NCBI GenBank assembly: GCA_963740315.1
Contig: CAVUDP010000001.1
Coordinates: 352,001-416,000, forward strand
From: an uncultured cyanobacterium
Lineage (GTDB): Bacteria; Cyanobacteriota; Cyanobacteriia; Cyanobacteriales; Nostocaceae
Length of the DNA: 64,000 bases
Reading direction: 5' to 3'
Below are positions 30,430 to 40,358 of this stretch, piece after piece; within the stretch, counting starts at the first letter, position 1, and each line of letters starts with the position of its first letter. The notes beneath the pieces are model-generated. The model saw only the letters and a program-made list of their open reading frames with translations. It ran no database searches and was not told where the DNA came from. Both the position numbers and the translations under genes were made by a program.

Positions 30430-30915
30430 TCAATTGCCTGTTAATAGGCGTACATCAGCACAGTTTACATCTTTAACTAGTTCTTTAATTACACGTCCGG
30501 TAACTGGCTCTACCCAATTTGGAGCAATTTCTGCTAAAGGTACTAGCACGAAAGCCCGCTGTATCATTCGCGGATGGGGAATTTGTAGAGTTGGGGTATG
30601 TAATATTAAGTCATCGTATAGTAACAAATCCAAATCTAAGGTACGCGCTCCCCAACGTTCTGTTCGTTCGCGTCCAAATTGATTTTCTATTTCCAGTAAA
30701 GTTTCTAATAGCTTCAGGGGTTGCATATCTACATATACGCTGATACAACCGTTTATATAATCTGGTTGTGGCGGACCTACAGCTTTGGTTTTATACCAAC
30801 TCGATCGCGATCGCGCTTTAATACCCGGCACTTTATGTAGAGTTTTTACGGCTGCTTCTAAAATTGCCCGTGAATCCCCTATATTACTACCAAAGGCAAT
30901 AGCGCTATCATGCAA
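30430..30915 (-). CDS. folK: 2-amino-4-hydroxy-6-hydroxymethyldihydropteridine pyrophosphokinase
   Basis: GSNIGD, QPDYIN, RTLDLDLL, PHPR, RAFVLVPL. Confidence 0.95.
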   Translation of the reverse strand: MHDSAIAFGSNIGDSRAILEAAVKTLHKVPGIKARSRSSWYKTKAVGPPQPDYINGCISVYVDMQPLKLLETLLEIENQFGRERTERWGARTLDLDLLLYDDLILHTPTLQIPHPRMIQRAFVLVPLAEIAPNWVEPVTGRVIKELVKDVNCADVRLLTGN

Positions 30916-30984
30916 GCTATATATCTCCTAAAGTACGAACAAATATCGAGTCTTGTGATAAGTTAGTTAATATTACTAGTTAAT

Positions 30985-31000
30985 TGTATTGTTTAATACA
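30985..31000. promoter_or_regulatory. Putative NtcA box
   Basis: TGTA-TTGTTTAA-TACA in the divergent folK/PBP1A spacer. Confidence 0.4.
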
Positions 31001-31151
31001 TATTTGTGCAACAAAAATATAAAGAAAAGCTGGCAAAAGAGCGAATCTATTTAAATATTTATAGGATATTATACTAACACGAGTATGGGGCAACAATCTG
31101 AAACGCTTTTCGTGGTGGTTAGGCTGCAATTAGTCGAAGCGAGGAACTGAC

Positions 31152-33863
31152 GTGGCGAAGTTTACCTCTTGGTTCAAGCAAAGAGCAAATAGCTTGAGTA
31201 ACGGACTTAAGAATAAAGATTCAAAATCCGATAACGTTGATAATAACTCAGAATCGATGACAAAAGAAGCGTCCCCAACAGAGTTAGTAGGGGCAGGGCG
31301 CGATCGCGAAGATTCGCAAGATTCACAGTTAATTGCTAAAAAATTGTCGCCTCCTCCTCATTGGGTTGATGAGCGCGATTCGGAATCAACCGAAGAATCA
31401 CCACCAACAACTATAGGAGGAAAGGCAAAGCAATTTTTAGGAAAAACAAAGAGTTTTTTGGGTGAAGCGAAACAAGTTTCAGTCAAGGTGCTTGACAAAC
31501 TTCCCGGTAAGGGAAAACCGCTTTATCGTCGCTACTGGTTTTGGACGACAATAGGTGTTAGCAGTGGGATAATGGCTGTTAGCTATGGCGTATGGTCGAT
31601 AGATAAAACTTTACCTTCTCGCGACCAATTAAACGCTGCTTCCAGAGAGCGAACTTTAACCATTAAAGCGGGCAACGGTACGATTTTATATCAGCAAGGG
31701 GAAGCGACAAGAGAAAAGCTGAAGATAAATCAGATACCCGATCGCCTACAACAAGCATTTATCGCTTCCGAAGATCAAAATTTTGCCAAGCATGGCGGCA
31801 TCGACATTAAAGGTATTTTGCGGGCTGCTACAAGTAACTTGCGATCGCAAGACGTGGTGCAAGGTGGAAGTACGATCACGCAACAGTTAGCGCGAATTCT
31901 GTTTCTAAATCGCAATAAAACTGTAACGCGCAAATTACAAGAAGTCCGTTTGGCGCAAAAATTAGAAGACGAATTAACTAAAAACGAGATTTTAGAACGG
32001 TATTTGAATCTAATATATTTAGGTTCGGGTGCTTATGGTGTGGCGGATGCGGCGTGGGTTTATTTCTCCAAGCCAGTAGATAAACTGACTTTAAGTGAAA
32101 CGGCAACAATTGCTGGTTTAGCGCCCGCTCCCAATGTTTTTTCACCCGTGGAAAATCCCGAAGCTGCCAAACGGCGGCGCAATCTAGTATTACAACGGAT
32201 GCTAGAAGATGGATTTATTACAGCCGCCGAAAAAGAAAAAGCAGTATCAGAACCTTTAACGGTTAAAGCAAATTTACCCAAGCGACTGAACATAGAAGCA
32301 CCGTATTTTATTACTTATATTCAGAAAGAACTGCCAAAACATCTGGATAAAGATGTATTAGAAGCGGGCGGATTGGTAGTAGAAACTACCCTAAATCCCA
32401 CTTGGCAGCAGAAAGCAGAAGCAGCAGTAGATAAAACCTTACAAAATCAAGGGCGCTGGCAGCGATTTAAACAAGCAGCAATGGTTGCCATAGATCCTCG
32501 TAACGGTGAAATTAAAGCAATGGTTGGCGGAAAGGACTTTGGTAAAAACAAGTTTAATCGCGTTACCCAAGCCCAAAGGCAACCCGGTTCAACATTTAAA
32601 GGATTTGTTTACGCAGCAGCAGTAGCAGCCGGAAAAAATCCTATGGATGGTTACTTGGATGCACCAATAGTAGTTGATGGTTACGAACCAAAAAACTACG
32701 ATGAAAGCTTCCGGGGTTGGATAAACATGAGAGATGCCCTCACCAAATCAATTAATATTGTTGCGGTGAGAGTGTTGATGAAAGTAGGGTACCAGCCAAC
32801 CATCGACTTAGCCCACAAGATGGGGATTGAATCGGAAATCAAACCCGTTATTTCGATGGCACTCGGTTCCAACGAAGTAAATTTACTTGAATTAACCAGC
32901 GCTTACGGTACTTTTGCGAACAAAGGAATGCACGTAAAACCTCATGGTATTACCCGCGTTCTTAATCGTAACGGTGAAGTACTTTGGTCAGCCGATTTTA
33001 AAGGAGAACGAGGATTAGATGCCGATAGCTCCGCCATCACAACCTGGATGTTGCGAAACGTAGTCACATCAGGAACGGGTACCCGCGCTCAAATTGGTCG
33101 TCCCGCAGCAGGTAAAACCGGCACTACCGATGAAGCTAAGGATTTATGGTTTATCGGCTTTATTCCTCAATTAGCAACGGGTGTATGGCTGGGTAACGAC
33201 GACAACAAACCCACCAACGGCGACAGCACCACCGCCGCTTACACTTGGCGCGAGTTTATGAAAGAAGCTACCGATGGAATGCCCGTCGAGAAGTTTCCCG
33301 AACGACCAAAGTTAACCGGAAGAAAAGCCAGTATCAAAGTACAGCCAATTAAACCCAGAAGATTTATTACCAAGGCGGCTCCTAAAAAATCAGACAATTC
33401 CGACGACGATTCAGAAACCACCACTAACAGAAATTCTTCACGGCGTAGAAGTACAAGAAGAAGAAGTACTACTAATAGTAGTTCTGGAAGTAGTAGCAAT
33501 CGTCGAACCAGGAGTACAAGAACCCGTCGTACAAGAAGTACTACCCCAACCCGTCGTAGAAGTACTACCCCAACCCAGCGAAAATCCACTACTCCCACGC
33601 GCCGTCGTCGGAGTAATGTCAGAAGTTCGGGTTCATCGGGTTCGTCTTCCCAGCGGCGAAGAAGTAGAAGCAATACCAAACCAGCTTCTACGAGAAGGCG
33701 TTCATCATCACCTCCGGTAAGGAAGCGATCGTCTCCTCCAGTAAGGAGAAAGCGTTCATCATCACCATCCAAACCAAAGCAACGTTCGGCACCACCAAAG
33801 CAAAAATCCGCTCCAAGTTCATCAACACCTTCATGGCGCGAGAGACTCAAACCTGGTACGTAG
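31152..33863 (+). CDS. Class A penicillin-binding protein (PBP1A family)
   Basis: EDQNF..HGG, GGSTITQQL, RKLQE, RQPGSTFK, SIN, KTGT; Arg/Ser-rich tail. Confidence 0.95.
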   Translation: MAKFTSWFKQRANSLSNGLKNKDSKSDNVDNNSESMTKEASPTELVGAGRDREDSQDSQLIAKKLSPPPHWVDERDSESTEESPPTTIGGKAKQFLGKTKSFLGEAKQVSVKVLDKLPGKGKPLYRRYWFWTTIGVSSGIMAVSYGVWSIDKTLPSRDQLNAASRERTLTIKAGNGTILYQQGEATREKLKINQIPDRLQQAFIASEDQNFAKHGGIDIKGILRAATSNLRSQDVVQGGSTITQQLARILFLNRNKTVTRKLQEVRLAQKLEDELTKNEILERYLNLIYLGSGAYGVADAAWVYFSKPVDKLTLSETATIAGLAPAPNVFSPVENPEAAKRRRNLVLQRMLEDGFITAAEKEKAVSEPLTVKANLPKRLNIEAPYFITYIQKELPKHLDKDVLEAGGLVVETTLNPTWQQKAEAAVDKTLQNQGRWQRFKQAAMVAIDPRNGEIKAMVGGKDFGKNKFNRVTQAQRQPGSTFKGFVYAAAVAAGKNPMDGYLDAPIVVDGYEPKNYDESFRGWINMRDALTKSINIVAVRVLMKVGYQPTIDLAHKMGIESEIKPVISMALGSNEVNLLELTSAYGTFANKGMHVKPHGITRVLNRNGEVLWSADFKGERGLDADSSAITTWMLRNVVTSGTGTRAQIGRPAAGKTGTTDEAKDLWFIGFIPQLATGVWLGNDDNKPTNGDSTTAAYTWREFMKEATDGMPVEKFPERPKLTGRKASIKVQPIKPRRFITKAAPKKSDNSDDDSETTTNRNSSRRRSTRRRSTTNSSSGSSSNRRTRSTRTRRTRSTTPTRRRSTTPTQRKSTTPTRRRRSNVRSSGSSGSSSQRRRSRSNTKPASTRRRSSSPPVRKRSSPPVRRKRSSSPSKPKQRSAPPKQKSAPSSSTPSWRERLKPGT

Positions 33864-34151
33864 ATAATTGGGCATTGGTAATTGGTAATTGGGCATGGGG
33901 CATTGGGCATTGGGCATGGAAGAGAGCGGAGGGAGCAATTTAATTTTTCTTAGTCTTTTCTTCCTCTGCCTCAAGAGCCGACTGAGCCTCAAGAGCTTTT
34001 TCTTCCCCTTGTCCCCTTGTCCCCCCATCTCCCCATCTCCTTGTCTCCCCATCCCCCCATCCCATCTTCTTCTCCCAACCGATAGATGTAGATGGTACGC
34101 TGGATTTAATACATTCTTAAGTAATGTTGCCTATCTTAGGAGAAGATTTTA

Positions 34152-34361
34152 ATGGCTACTTTAATGCAAACAGCTGCACAAGCAGCGGCTGAACCTCATT
34201 TCCCTTGGGCTTTTACGGCTGTTTATGTAGTTGGCTTTATAGCCGCTGTAACTATCGGTTCGATCGCTTGGTACAATTCTAAGCGTCCTGTTGGTTGGGA
34301 AAATAAGCAACGTCCTGATTTTGTACCCGACGTTGATAAAGAAGAAAATCCCGGTGTATAA
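34152..34361 (+). CDS. psb35: Photosystem II assembly protein Psb35
   Basis: VVGFIAAVTIGSIAWYNSKRPVGWE...RPD.VP signature. Confidence 0.85.
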   Translation: MATLMQTAAQAAAEPHFPWAFTAVYVVGFIAAVTIGSIAWYNSKRPVGWENKQRPDFVPDVDKEENPGV

Positions 34362-34484
34362 GCGGTAATTGGATTTAGATTAATTCAAAATTAATCAAAA
34401 AAATAAGCCGGAGAGTTATTCCTCCGACTTAATTAAAATAACGACTACGGTTTTTTAGCGAAATCAAGCAGAAAAATTAATCCC

Positions 34485-34850
34485 TCACTTCTTGGGTGGG
34501 TTATTAACGGGAACGGGTTGGTTATTATTCGTTCTCTCAACAGCGGGTTTAGTAACGGGAGCGGTAATAGTTTTACTAGGTTTATTATTATCTGTTCTTT
34601 TACAAGAACTAACTGAATGTGGTCTAACTGAACCTGGTTTACAAATTACCATACCTCTTTTAAGACTTATTACCTTCGTTCCTTCTGTTTGCGATTGGGT
34701 AAAAGATGAATTTCCAGTTACGGCTTCAGAATTTAAAATATCTAAAGTTGCAGCTTGTGCTGAATTAGCCATAAAGCTTCCAGTCATGGCAATACTTGTT
34801 AAAGTTGTAATTCCAAGTAAAGTTGCTTTTTGAAAGAAATTTGAAAACAT
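34485..34850 (-). CDS. Small secreted hypothetical protein
   Basis: Signal peptide ending in AQA; Cys pair; Pro/Asn-rich tail. Confidence 0.6.
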   Translation of the reverse strand: MFSNFFQKATLLGITTLTSIAMTGSFMANSAQAATLDILNSEAVTGNSSFTQSQTEGTKVISLKRGMVICKPGSVRPHSVSSCKRTDNNKPSKTITAPVTKPAVERTNNNQPVPVNNPPKK

Positions 34851-35016
34851 ATTTATTATTCCTTGAAAATTGTTACTAAGCTGTACTGATATAGCCTACA
34901 GTTTAACAACAAGGATTTCCAAGGTTTTCGGCAATTGGATTATTTCTTTGTTTAAGCAATAAATATGTCTTTATAATTAGTGATTTTACTTAGAACTAGA
35001 TATGTAAATTGGACAT

Positions 35017-35298
35017 CCGCTTGAGGTTGCAAACCCCAAGCTAATAGCACAAGTCCTATGAATAGGACTGAGAAATTACCTGTTACAACTGGTGGGAAGA
35101 AAAGTTAATGATTGATTTGATTAATTTTGAGTGCTTTATTTTATCTGCAATCGTTTAGAGACTTAGCAGTACTATATATCTATAATTCAATTTTTATGGG
35201 ACAGACCTTCTTCGGGGTCAAACATATTAATTCTGATGATTTTTAGTCCTATTTATAGGACTTGTGGTATTAGACCGGGATTTGCAACCCCGGTCGGG
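35017..35298. repeat. Second inverted pair of the two-hairpin REP-like element
   Basis: 35017-35070 and 35244-35298 are homologous to 13047-13101. Confidence 0.75.
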
Positions 35299-35353
35299 TG
35301 TAAGAGGAAAACCGTTAAATTATTAGACGTAGCATTGCTACATCTGGGACAAT

Positions 35354-35782
35354 TCAATTCTGCACTTTAACCCAACGACGGTACATTTTCTGCACCTGTT
35401 TGAGCATGGTATTTAACTTTCCTTGATTTGATTCGCTTTTTTCTGACAAATCCTGTATTGTCGCTAATAACTTAGCTTCTTCAATCGCTACCTCACCATC
35501 GCTATAAATTAAACCACCAATCTCTTGAATTAAGTTCTGATAATCTTCAGTGGTGGGAGAATTGCCTAAATATTCCTTAATCCATTCGTAACACTCTGCT
35601 GGTTTTACGGGAACTAATTCGTACAGCCAAGGCTTAATTTCTGGATCTGTGGCGATATTTTTTTCTTTAGCTATTTGTTGAAGATACTGCCTTTCTTCGG
35701 GTTGAATTTTACCATCAAGCCAAGCTGCTGCAATTAAAATTTTTAACAATTGTTTGACATCAGGGTTCTTTATCATGTTCAC
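35354..35782 (-). CDS. TerB-family protein
   Basis: LKILIAAAWLDGKIQPEE...GLIYSDGEVAIEEAKLL. Confidence 0.85.
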   Translation of the reverse strand: MNMIKNPDVKQLLKILIAAAWLDGKIQPEERQYLQQIAKEKNIATDPEIKPWLYELVPVKPAECYEWIKEYLGNSPTTEDYQNLIQEIGGLIYSDGEVAIEEAKLLATIQDLSEKSESNQGKLNTMLKQVQKMYRRWVKVQN

Positions 35783-35821
35783 CTCCTATAAGGAATTTTC
35801 CCTTAACAAAATCTTACAATT

Positions 35822-37219
35822 TTAATTATGCTTTTTTCTCAAACGCACCATAAAAAAACCATCCATATTGTGTTTGTGGGGCAATACTTTAATCCAACCT
35901 TCGTTCGTTTCATATTCACGGATGGGTGAATCAGTATCGCCTGGTTCGATTTCCCAATTGGGATGCGACTCTAAAAAAGATTTGATAACACCTTCATTTT
36001 CTGCTGGATGCAGCGTGCAAGTAGAATAAACTAACGAGCCGCCATGTTTGACAAAAGTTGAAGTATGTAACAATAGTTCTTTTTGAAGTACGGAAAGTTC
36101 CCCTATATTTTCCGGAGTTTGTCGCCAACGTGCATCGGCGTGACGGTGGAGGGTTCCCAAACCAGAGCAAGGCACATCAAGCAATACCTTATCGGCATTT
36201 TGGAATTGAGTTAAATTGCGACTGTCACCCACGCAAACTTGAATTGACTTTAAATTGAGACGTTGAGTATTTTGTTGCAGCTTACGCAGACGCGAATCAG
36301 TGCGATCGCAAGCCCAAATTTTCCCTGCATCTCCCATCAATTCGGCGATATGGGTTGTTTTACCTCCAGGAGCAGCACAAGCATCAATTATTACTTCGTT
36401 TTTTTGCGGATTAAGTAAATAACTCACCAATTGAGCGCTGCTATCTTGTACAGTCCACCACCCTTGATTAAAACCGGGTAAATTCTTAATTGCCCCAGGA
36501 GAGCTTAATAATCGTAAAGCGTGCGGTAAATTAGGAATCCGTTGAGATAAAACACCTCGATCTTGTAACGCTGCTTCTACTTGCTCTACAGAAGAACAAA
36601 GTTGGTTAACTCGCAAATCAATACTTGGGGTTCGATTCATCCATTCACATAATTTCTCCGTCTCCGCAAAACCGAACTGTTCTATCCATACATTTACAAT
36701 CCAGTCGGGAAAACTATGCAAAATACCCAATCTTTCAACAGGGTTACTAGGTAACTCGATCGGAATATTATAAAATTGTTTTTTTTCTTCCCCCTCTTCC
36801 CCCTCTTCCCCCTCTCCCCCCTCTCTCTTCTCTTCCCCAAGCCGAATATACTGTCTTAACAAACCATTAACGAAACCAGAAAGACCGGAAAAACCGTTAT
36901 CCTTAGCTAATTGAACGGTAGTATTAACAGCCGCGCTAGGAGGAATTCGTTCTTGAAATTGCAGTTGATATAAACCCAAATGTAAAATGCAGCGAAGTAA
37001 TAAAGGCTGCTGATGAGATTTTTTTTTCGCTAACCCATCAATAATATAGTCAAGAGTTCGCTGTCTTCTGACGCTACCGTAAACTAATTCTGTCACCAAA
37101 CGGCGCTCGTTATCGGGTAAATCAACTTTTCGCAGCACTCTATCTAACGCTACATCAGCATAAGCCCCCTTATGAACATCTCGCAGGGCTATTATTGCTT
37201 GTTGACGGGAAGAAGTCAT
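35822..37219 (-). CDS. rsmB: 16S rRNA (cytosine967-C5)-methyltransferase
   Basis: NusB-like N-terminus, VQD, DACAAPGGKT, DVPCSG, YSTCT; start at ATG 37219 because the upstream extension is STRR. Confidence 0.95.
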   Translation of the reverse strand: MTSSRQQAIIALRDVHKGAYADVALDRVLRKVDLPDNERRLVTELVYGSVRRQRTLDYIIDGLAKKKSHQQPLLLRCILHLGLYQLQFQERIPPSAAVNTTVQLAKDNGFSGLSGFVNGLLRQYIRLGEEKREGGEGEEGEEGEEKKQFYNIPIELPSNPVERLGILHSFPDWIVNVWIEQFGFAETEKLCEWMNRTPSIDLRVNQLCSSVEQVEAALQDRGVLSQRIPNLPHALRLLSSPGAIKNLPGFNQGWWTVQDSSAQLVSYLLNPQKNEVIIDACAAPGGKTTHIAELMGDAGKIWACDRTDSRLRKLQQNTQRLNLKSIQVCVGDSRNLTQFQNADKVLLDVPCSGLGTLHRHADARWRQTPENIGELSVLQKELLLHTSTFVKHGGSLVYSTCTLHPAENEGVIKSFLESHPNWEIEPGDTDSPIREYETNEGWIKVLPHKHNMDGFFMVRLRKKHN

Positions 37220-37554
37220 AGGGAGAGGGGGAGATGGGGGGATGGGGGGATGGTAAGCCCAAAACGTGCGGAGGAACACGACCGTTGAGAGAAGTGGCGC
37301 AACCCGTTACTCTAACGAGTCGTGCCGCGCTGAACACGCGGAGCGTGCGGCGAGCGGGGGAGATGGGGGGATGGGGAGATGGGGGGAGTTAGGAGTTAGG
37401 AGTTAGGAGTTAGGAGTTAGGAGTTAAGAGTTATAAATTTAACTATTAATTATTTATTAATTCGTAATGCCCCATGCCCAATTCCCAAAAAATAACCCCT
37501 CTCACTTTACCTTACATTTGCGAGAGGGATTATTACCAAAAATATTAAAGTGAA

Positions 37555-38991
37555 TTAAGCGTCAAAGCTGTCAATTTCAAATTCGCAAGCCCTTGAATCG
37601 GATTCTGTACTAGGTGGATCGAAACTCAACAATGATAAATGAGATGGTTCTTTAATCATGTCTTTTGCTAATAGTAATCCGGCAATTGTCCAAGTTTGGT
37701 ATTTTCTACTTTGCTTACCAATTAATCTTCCTCGCTTACCATCATAATACTCGGGCCATTCATCTTCTTGAAGACGTAGTTGAGCAACATGAATTGCTTT
37801 TTCGGCAATACATATTCTATTAGTTTTAATTGCTGCTGCCGCTAACATCCACATTAAAACAGGCCAGTTTCCACCATTATGATAAGACCAAGGAATATTT
37901 TTCGGATCGCATCCAGTTATGATTCTATACTCATCATCTTCTAATGCTGGGAAAGTGATTTTCATTGGCATATCTCCTACCAAATCTTCCCATCTCTTTT
38001 CAATAAGAGTCATGATGGCTTGAGACTGTTCTTCAGTTGCTAAATCACAAATGATTGCCATCAAATTGCCTAAAGAAAAGAAACGAGTATCCATTTGTGA
38101 TGGACCAACATTACCTGCTAAATAACCACCTTTTCTGGGCAGCCACTTAGCTAATTCATTGTAAGGCAGCGAATCTACATACACATTAAATTCATTTACC
38201 GCTTCTTTTCCGTATTCTTCACCTTTATAACGATAAATAGCATTAAGACGTTTAATATCTATCCAATAATGCTTGCGAATATGGGCACGCAAAATAGGCA
38301 AACGATTGTCGATCGCAATCACCCAATCTTGATTGCCATGACAAATTAACATTTCTCGTGCCGCACGCAATGCAGCATAAAATAAAGATTGAATTTCTAA
38401 AGGATGTCCGTAAATTCCCAAACGTCGATCGATCATGCAAGCGCCATCGGGAACCAATAGCGTTGGGTACATATCGAAACGAGTTGCTAAACAAAGTTCT
38501 AATATTAGTCCAATACCTGTTTGAAATTCCGGTTGATATACCAGTGAAAAATCTTTCGTCGCGACGACATAAGCACGTAATATAATCAGCCACCACAAAC
38601 AAGAATCAATTGGTGTAACTCGTGCGATCGCGTGTTCGCCAAAATCCGCTTCTAAAAATTCTTCTCCGTTATGAGATACTACTTTGAAACTAGCTGGCAT
38701 TAAACCTTGCCCTGGTTTATAAGCATCCAACTGATTATCTTTAGGCTGTAATTTCAATGTTTCTGTTAAAAAGTTACGAACTATATCCGTTTGTCCTTTA
38801 GTCAGAAAAAGTAGGGCAGAGGAAGCGAAATCTCGCACAAAACATTGGTCGTAATTTAATGAATCTACCGTTCCATCTAAAGCCGCTACCGTACCTACGG
38901 GACGACCTTGATAGTAGAGAATTGACCTTTGAAGTGCTTCCCATGCATCTTTTTCTACTTCCTCAATTGCTGCTAAGTCTTCTAATTGCAT
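37555..38991 (-). CDS. invB: Alkaline/neutral invertase (GH100), InvB-type
   Basis: [38 protein letters not shown]-terminal SRACEFEI is typical of InvB. Confidence 0.9.
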   Translation of the reverse strand: MQLEDLAAIEEVEKDAWEALQRSILYYQGRPVGTVAALDGTVDSLNYDQCFVRDFASSALLFLTKGQTDIVRNFLTETLKLQPKDNQLDAYKPGQGLMPASFKVVSHNGEEFLEADFGEHAIARVTPIDSCLWWLIILRAYVVATKDFSLVYQPEFQTGIGLILELCLATRFDMYPTLLVPDGACMIDRRLGIYGHPLEIQSLFYAALRAAREMLICHGNQDWVIAIDNRLPILRAHIRKHYWIDIKRLNAIYRYKGEEYGKEAVNEFNVYVDSLPYNELAKWLPRKGGYLAGNVGPSQMDTRFFSLGNLMAIICDLATEEQSQAIMTLIEKRWEDLVGDMPMKITFPALEDDEYRIITGCDPKNIPWSYHNGGNWPVLMWMLAAAAIKTNRICIAEKAIHVAQLRLQEDEWPEYYDGKRGRLIGKQSRKYQTWTIAGLLLAKDMIKEPSHLSLLSFDPPSTESDSRACEFEIDSFDA

Positions 38992-39656
38992 ATCTAGAAC
39001 CTCTCCTTTGAATATGTGGTTAATGTAGTTAATACCGACTATTTATAAATAGCCCTATCGTTATTTTAAAGATAGGGTTATCGATTCAAAAATATCAAGC
39101 TATATAACGCCTTTTAGCGGCTTAAATATTCTTACTCAATCAGCTTATCGTTGCTTTTTCTCGATTATTTACAGAAATTTGCCAATAAATTTTACACCAA
39201 GCAAAAACATACGCGATCGCTGTTGTTTACTTGGATATAGCGAAAATATTTTTAAGCAGAGACACTTAAACTGATTGAGAAGACTAATAATAATTTATTT
39301 ATTTGCCTGCATAATTAAAAATTATAACAAATTTTTATCCCATGCAACAAGTTTTGAATAATTAGTTGTAAGTCGCAATAAGCAATAATTTTTATTTATA
39401 ACATTTTTGTTAAAATAATTATTTTCTAATAACATAAAAAGCAAATATATAAATGTTTTACAAGTATTTATTTAGAAAATAAAATCTAAAAATCATCGAT
39501 GTTTTTTTGCATGAAATTTTACCAATATATTACGCAATATTGTTTATAAAGCAACGATATTAGTTACTCTTTTAAAACTAAATTATGCTTATTATTACTA
39601 TTTATTTTTGAGAATAGATGATATTGTTCGCTTTTATTAATTTACTAATAATTGCA

Positions 39657-39699
39657 ACTTTAAAAAAAACTTGAGTTTATAGCTGTATATAAAACTACA
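39657..39699 (-). promoter_or_regulatory. Class II NtcA-activated promoter facing invB
   Basis: TGTA-N8-TACA at 39684-39699, then 22 nt, then TAAAGT (TAN3T) on the minus strand at 39662-39657. Confidence 0.55.
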
Positions 39700-39881
39700 A
39701 AACTAGCTACTAACCCTATAGTTTAGATAAAAAGTAGTTGCAGATGCATATACATATGTATCCTAATAACCTATAAATATAAATCATTTACATATAAGTA
39801 AGTTAAGACCTCAAAAATTAAAATAAGGTACGGTAAACTATTTAACACTCTACGCTGGAGTTAAATCATAAAATTACGGTA

Positions 39882-39903
39882 TTCTGTAACTAATTTTACA
39901 GAA
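39882..39903. promoter_or_regulatory. Second putative NtcA box
   Basis: TTCTGTA-ACTAATTT-TACAGAA extended palindrome. Confidence 0.5.
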
Positions 39904-40358
39904 ATTATATCAAATGCGATAGAAGATAAAAAGTTTTAAATTATCAACTATACAAAGAATTAATGAAGTACGACGAAAGTTTGATAAAGTTTTTATAAAT
40001 TAGCTATTTTAAGCATCATTGTTAACTAGATCGCAATTTGACTATACTTTAGTCAGCATTTATAGGCTTCAGTATTTATACAGTTATATAGGGCTTAAAT
40101 ATTTTTTGAGTGTAAAAATACACAGTTTTTATTGCAGCATAAACCAAGTACATCTATACGTATATACTTAAAGAAGCAGTCTTGAGAAAATAGAAAACTA
40201 GTTATAGAAGATATATTTATCAAAATAAGATAAAAAATTCATCTATTTGTCTCGTATTATACTTAAACTAGATTTAATATCAATTTTGTACGGTACATAA
40301 GAATCTGAATAACTTGCTTCATCGTTATTTGTTAATTGCATAAAATACAGAGGAAAAT

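Noticed and set aside
33239..33910. 223-aa minus-strand ORF
   Set aside because: Antisense shadow of the low-complexity Arg/Ser tail of PBP1A, starting in STRR DNA.
25252..35782. Two TerB genes as a ter stress/defence operon
   Set aside because: They are solitary, 10 kb apart, and no terA/C/D/Z genes are nearby.
15063..38991. susA and invB as a sucrose gene cluster
   Set aside because: They are 20 kb apart and separated by unrelated core genes.
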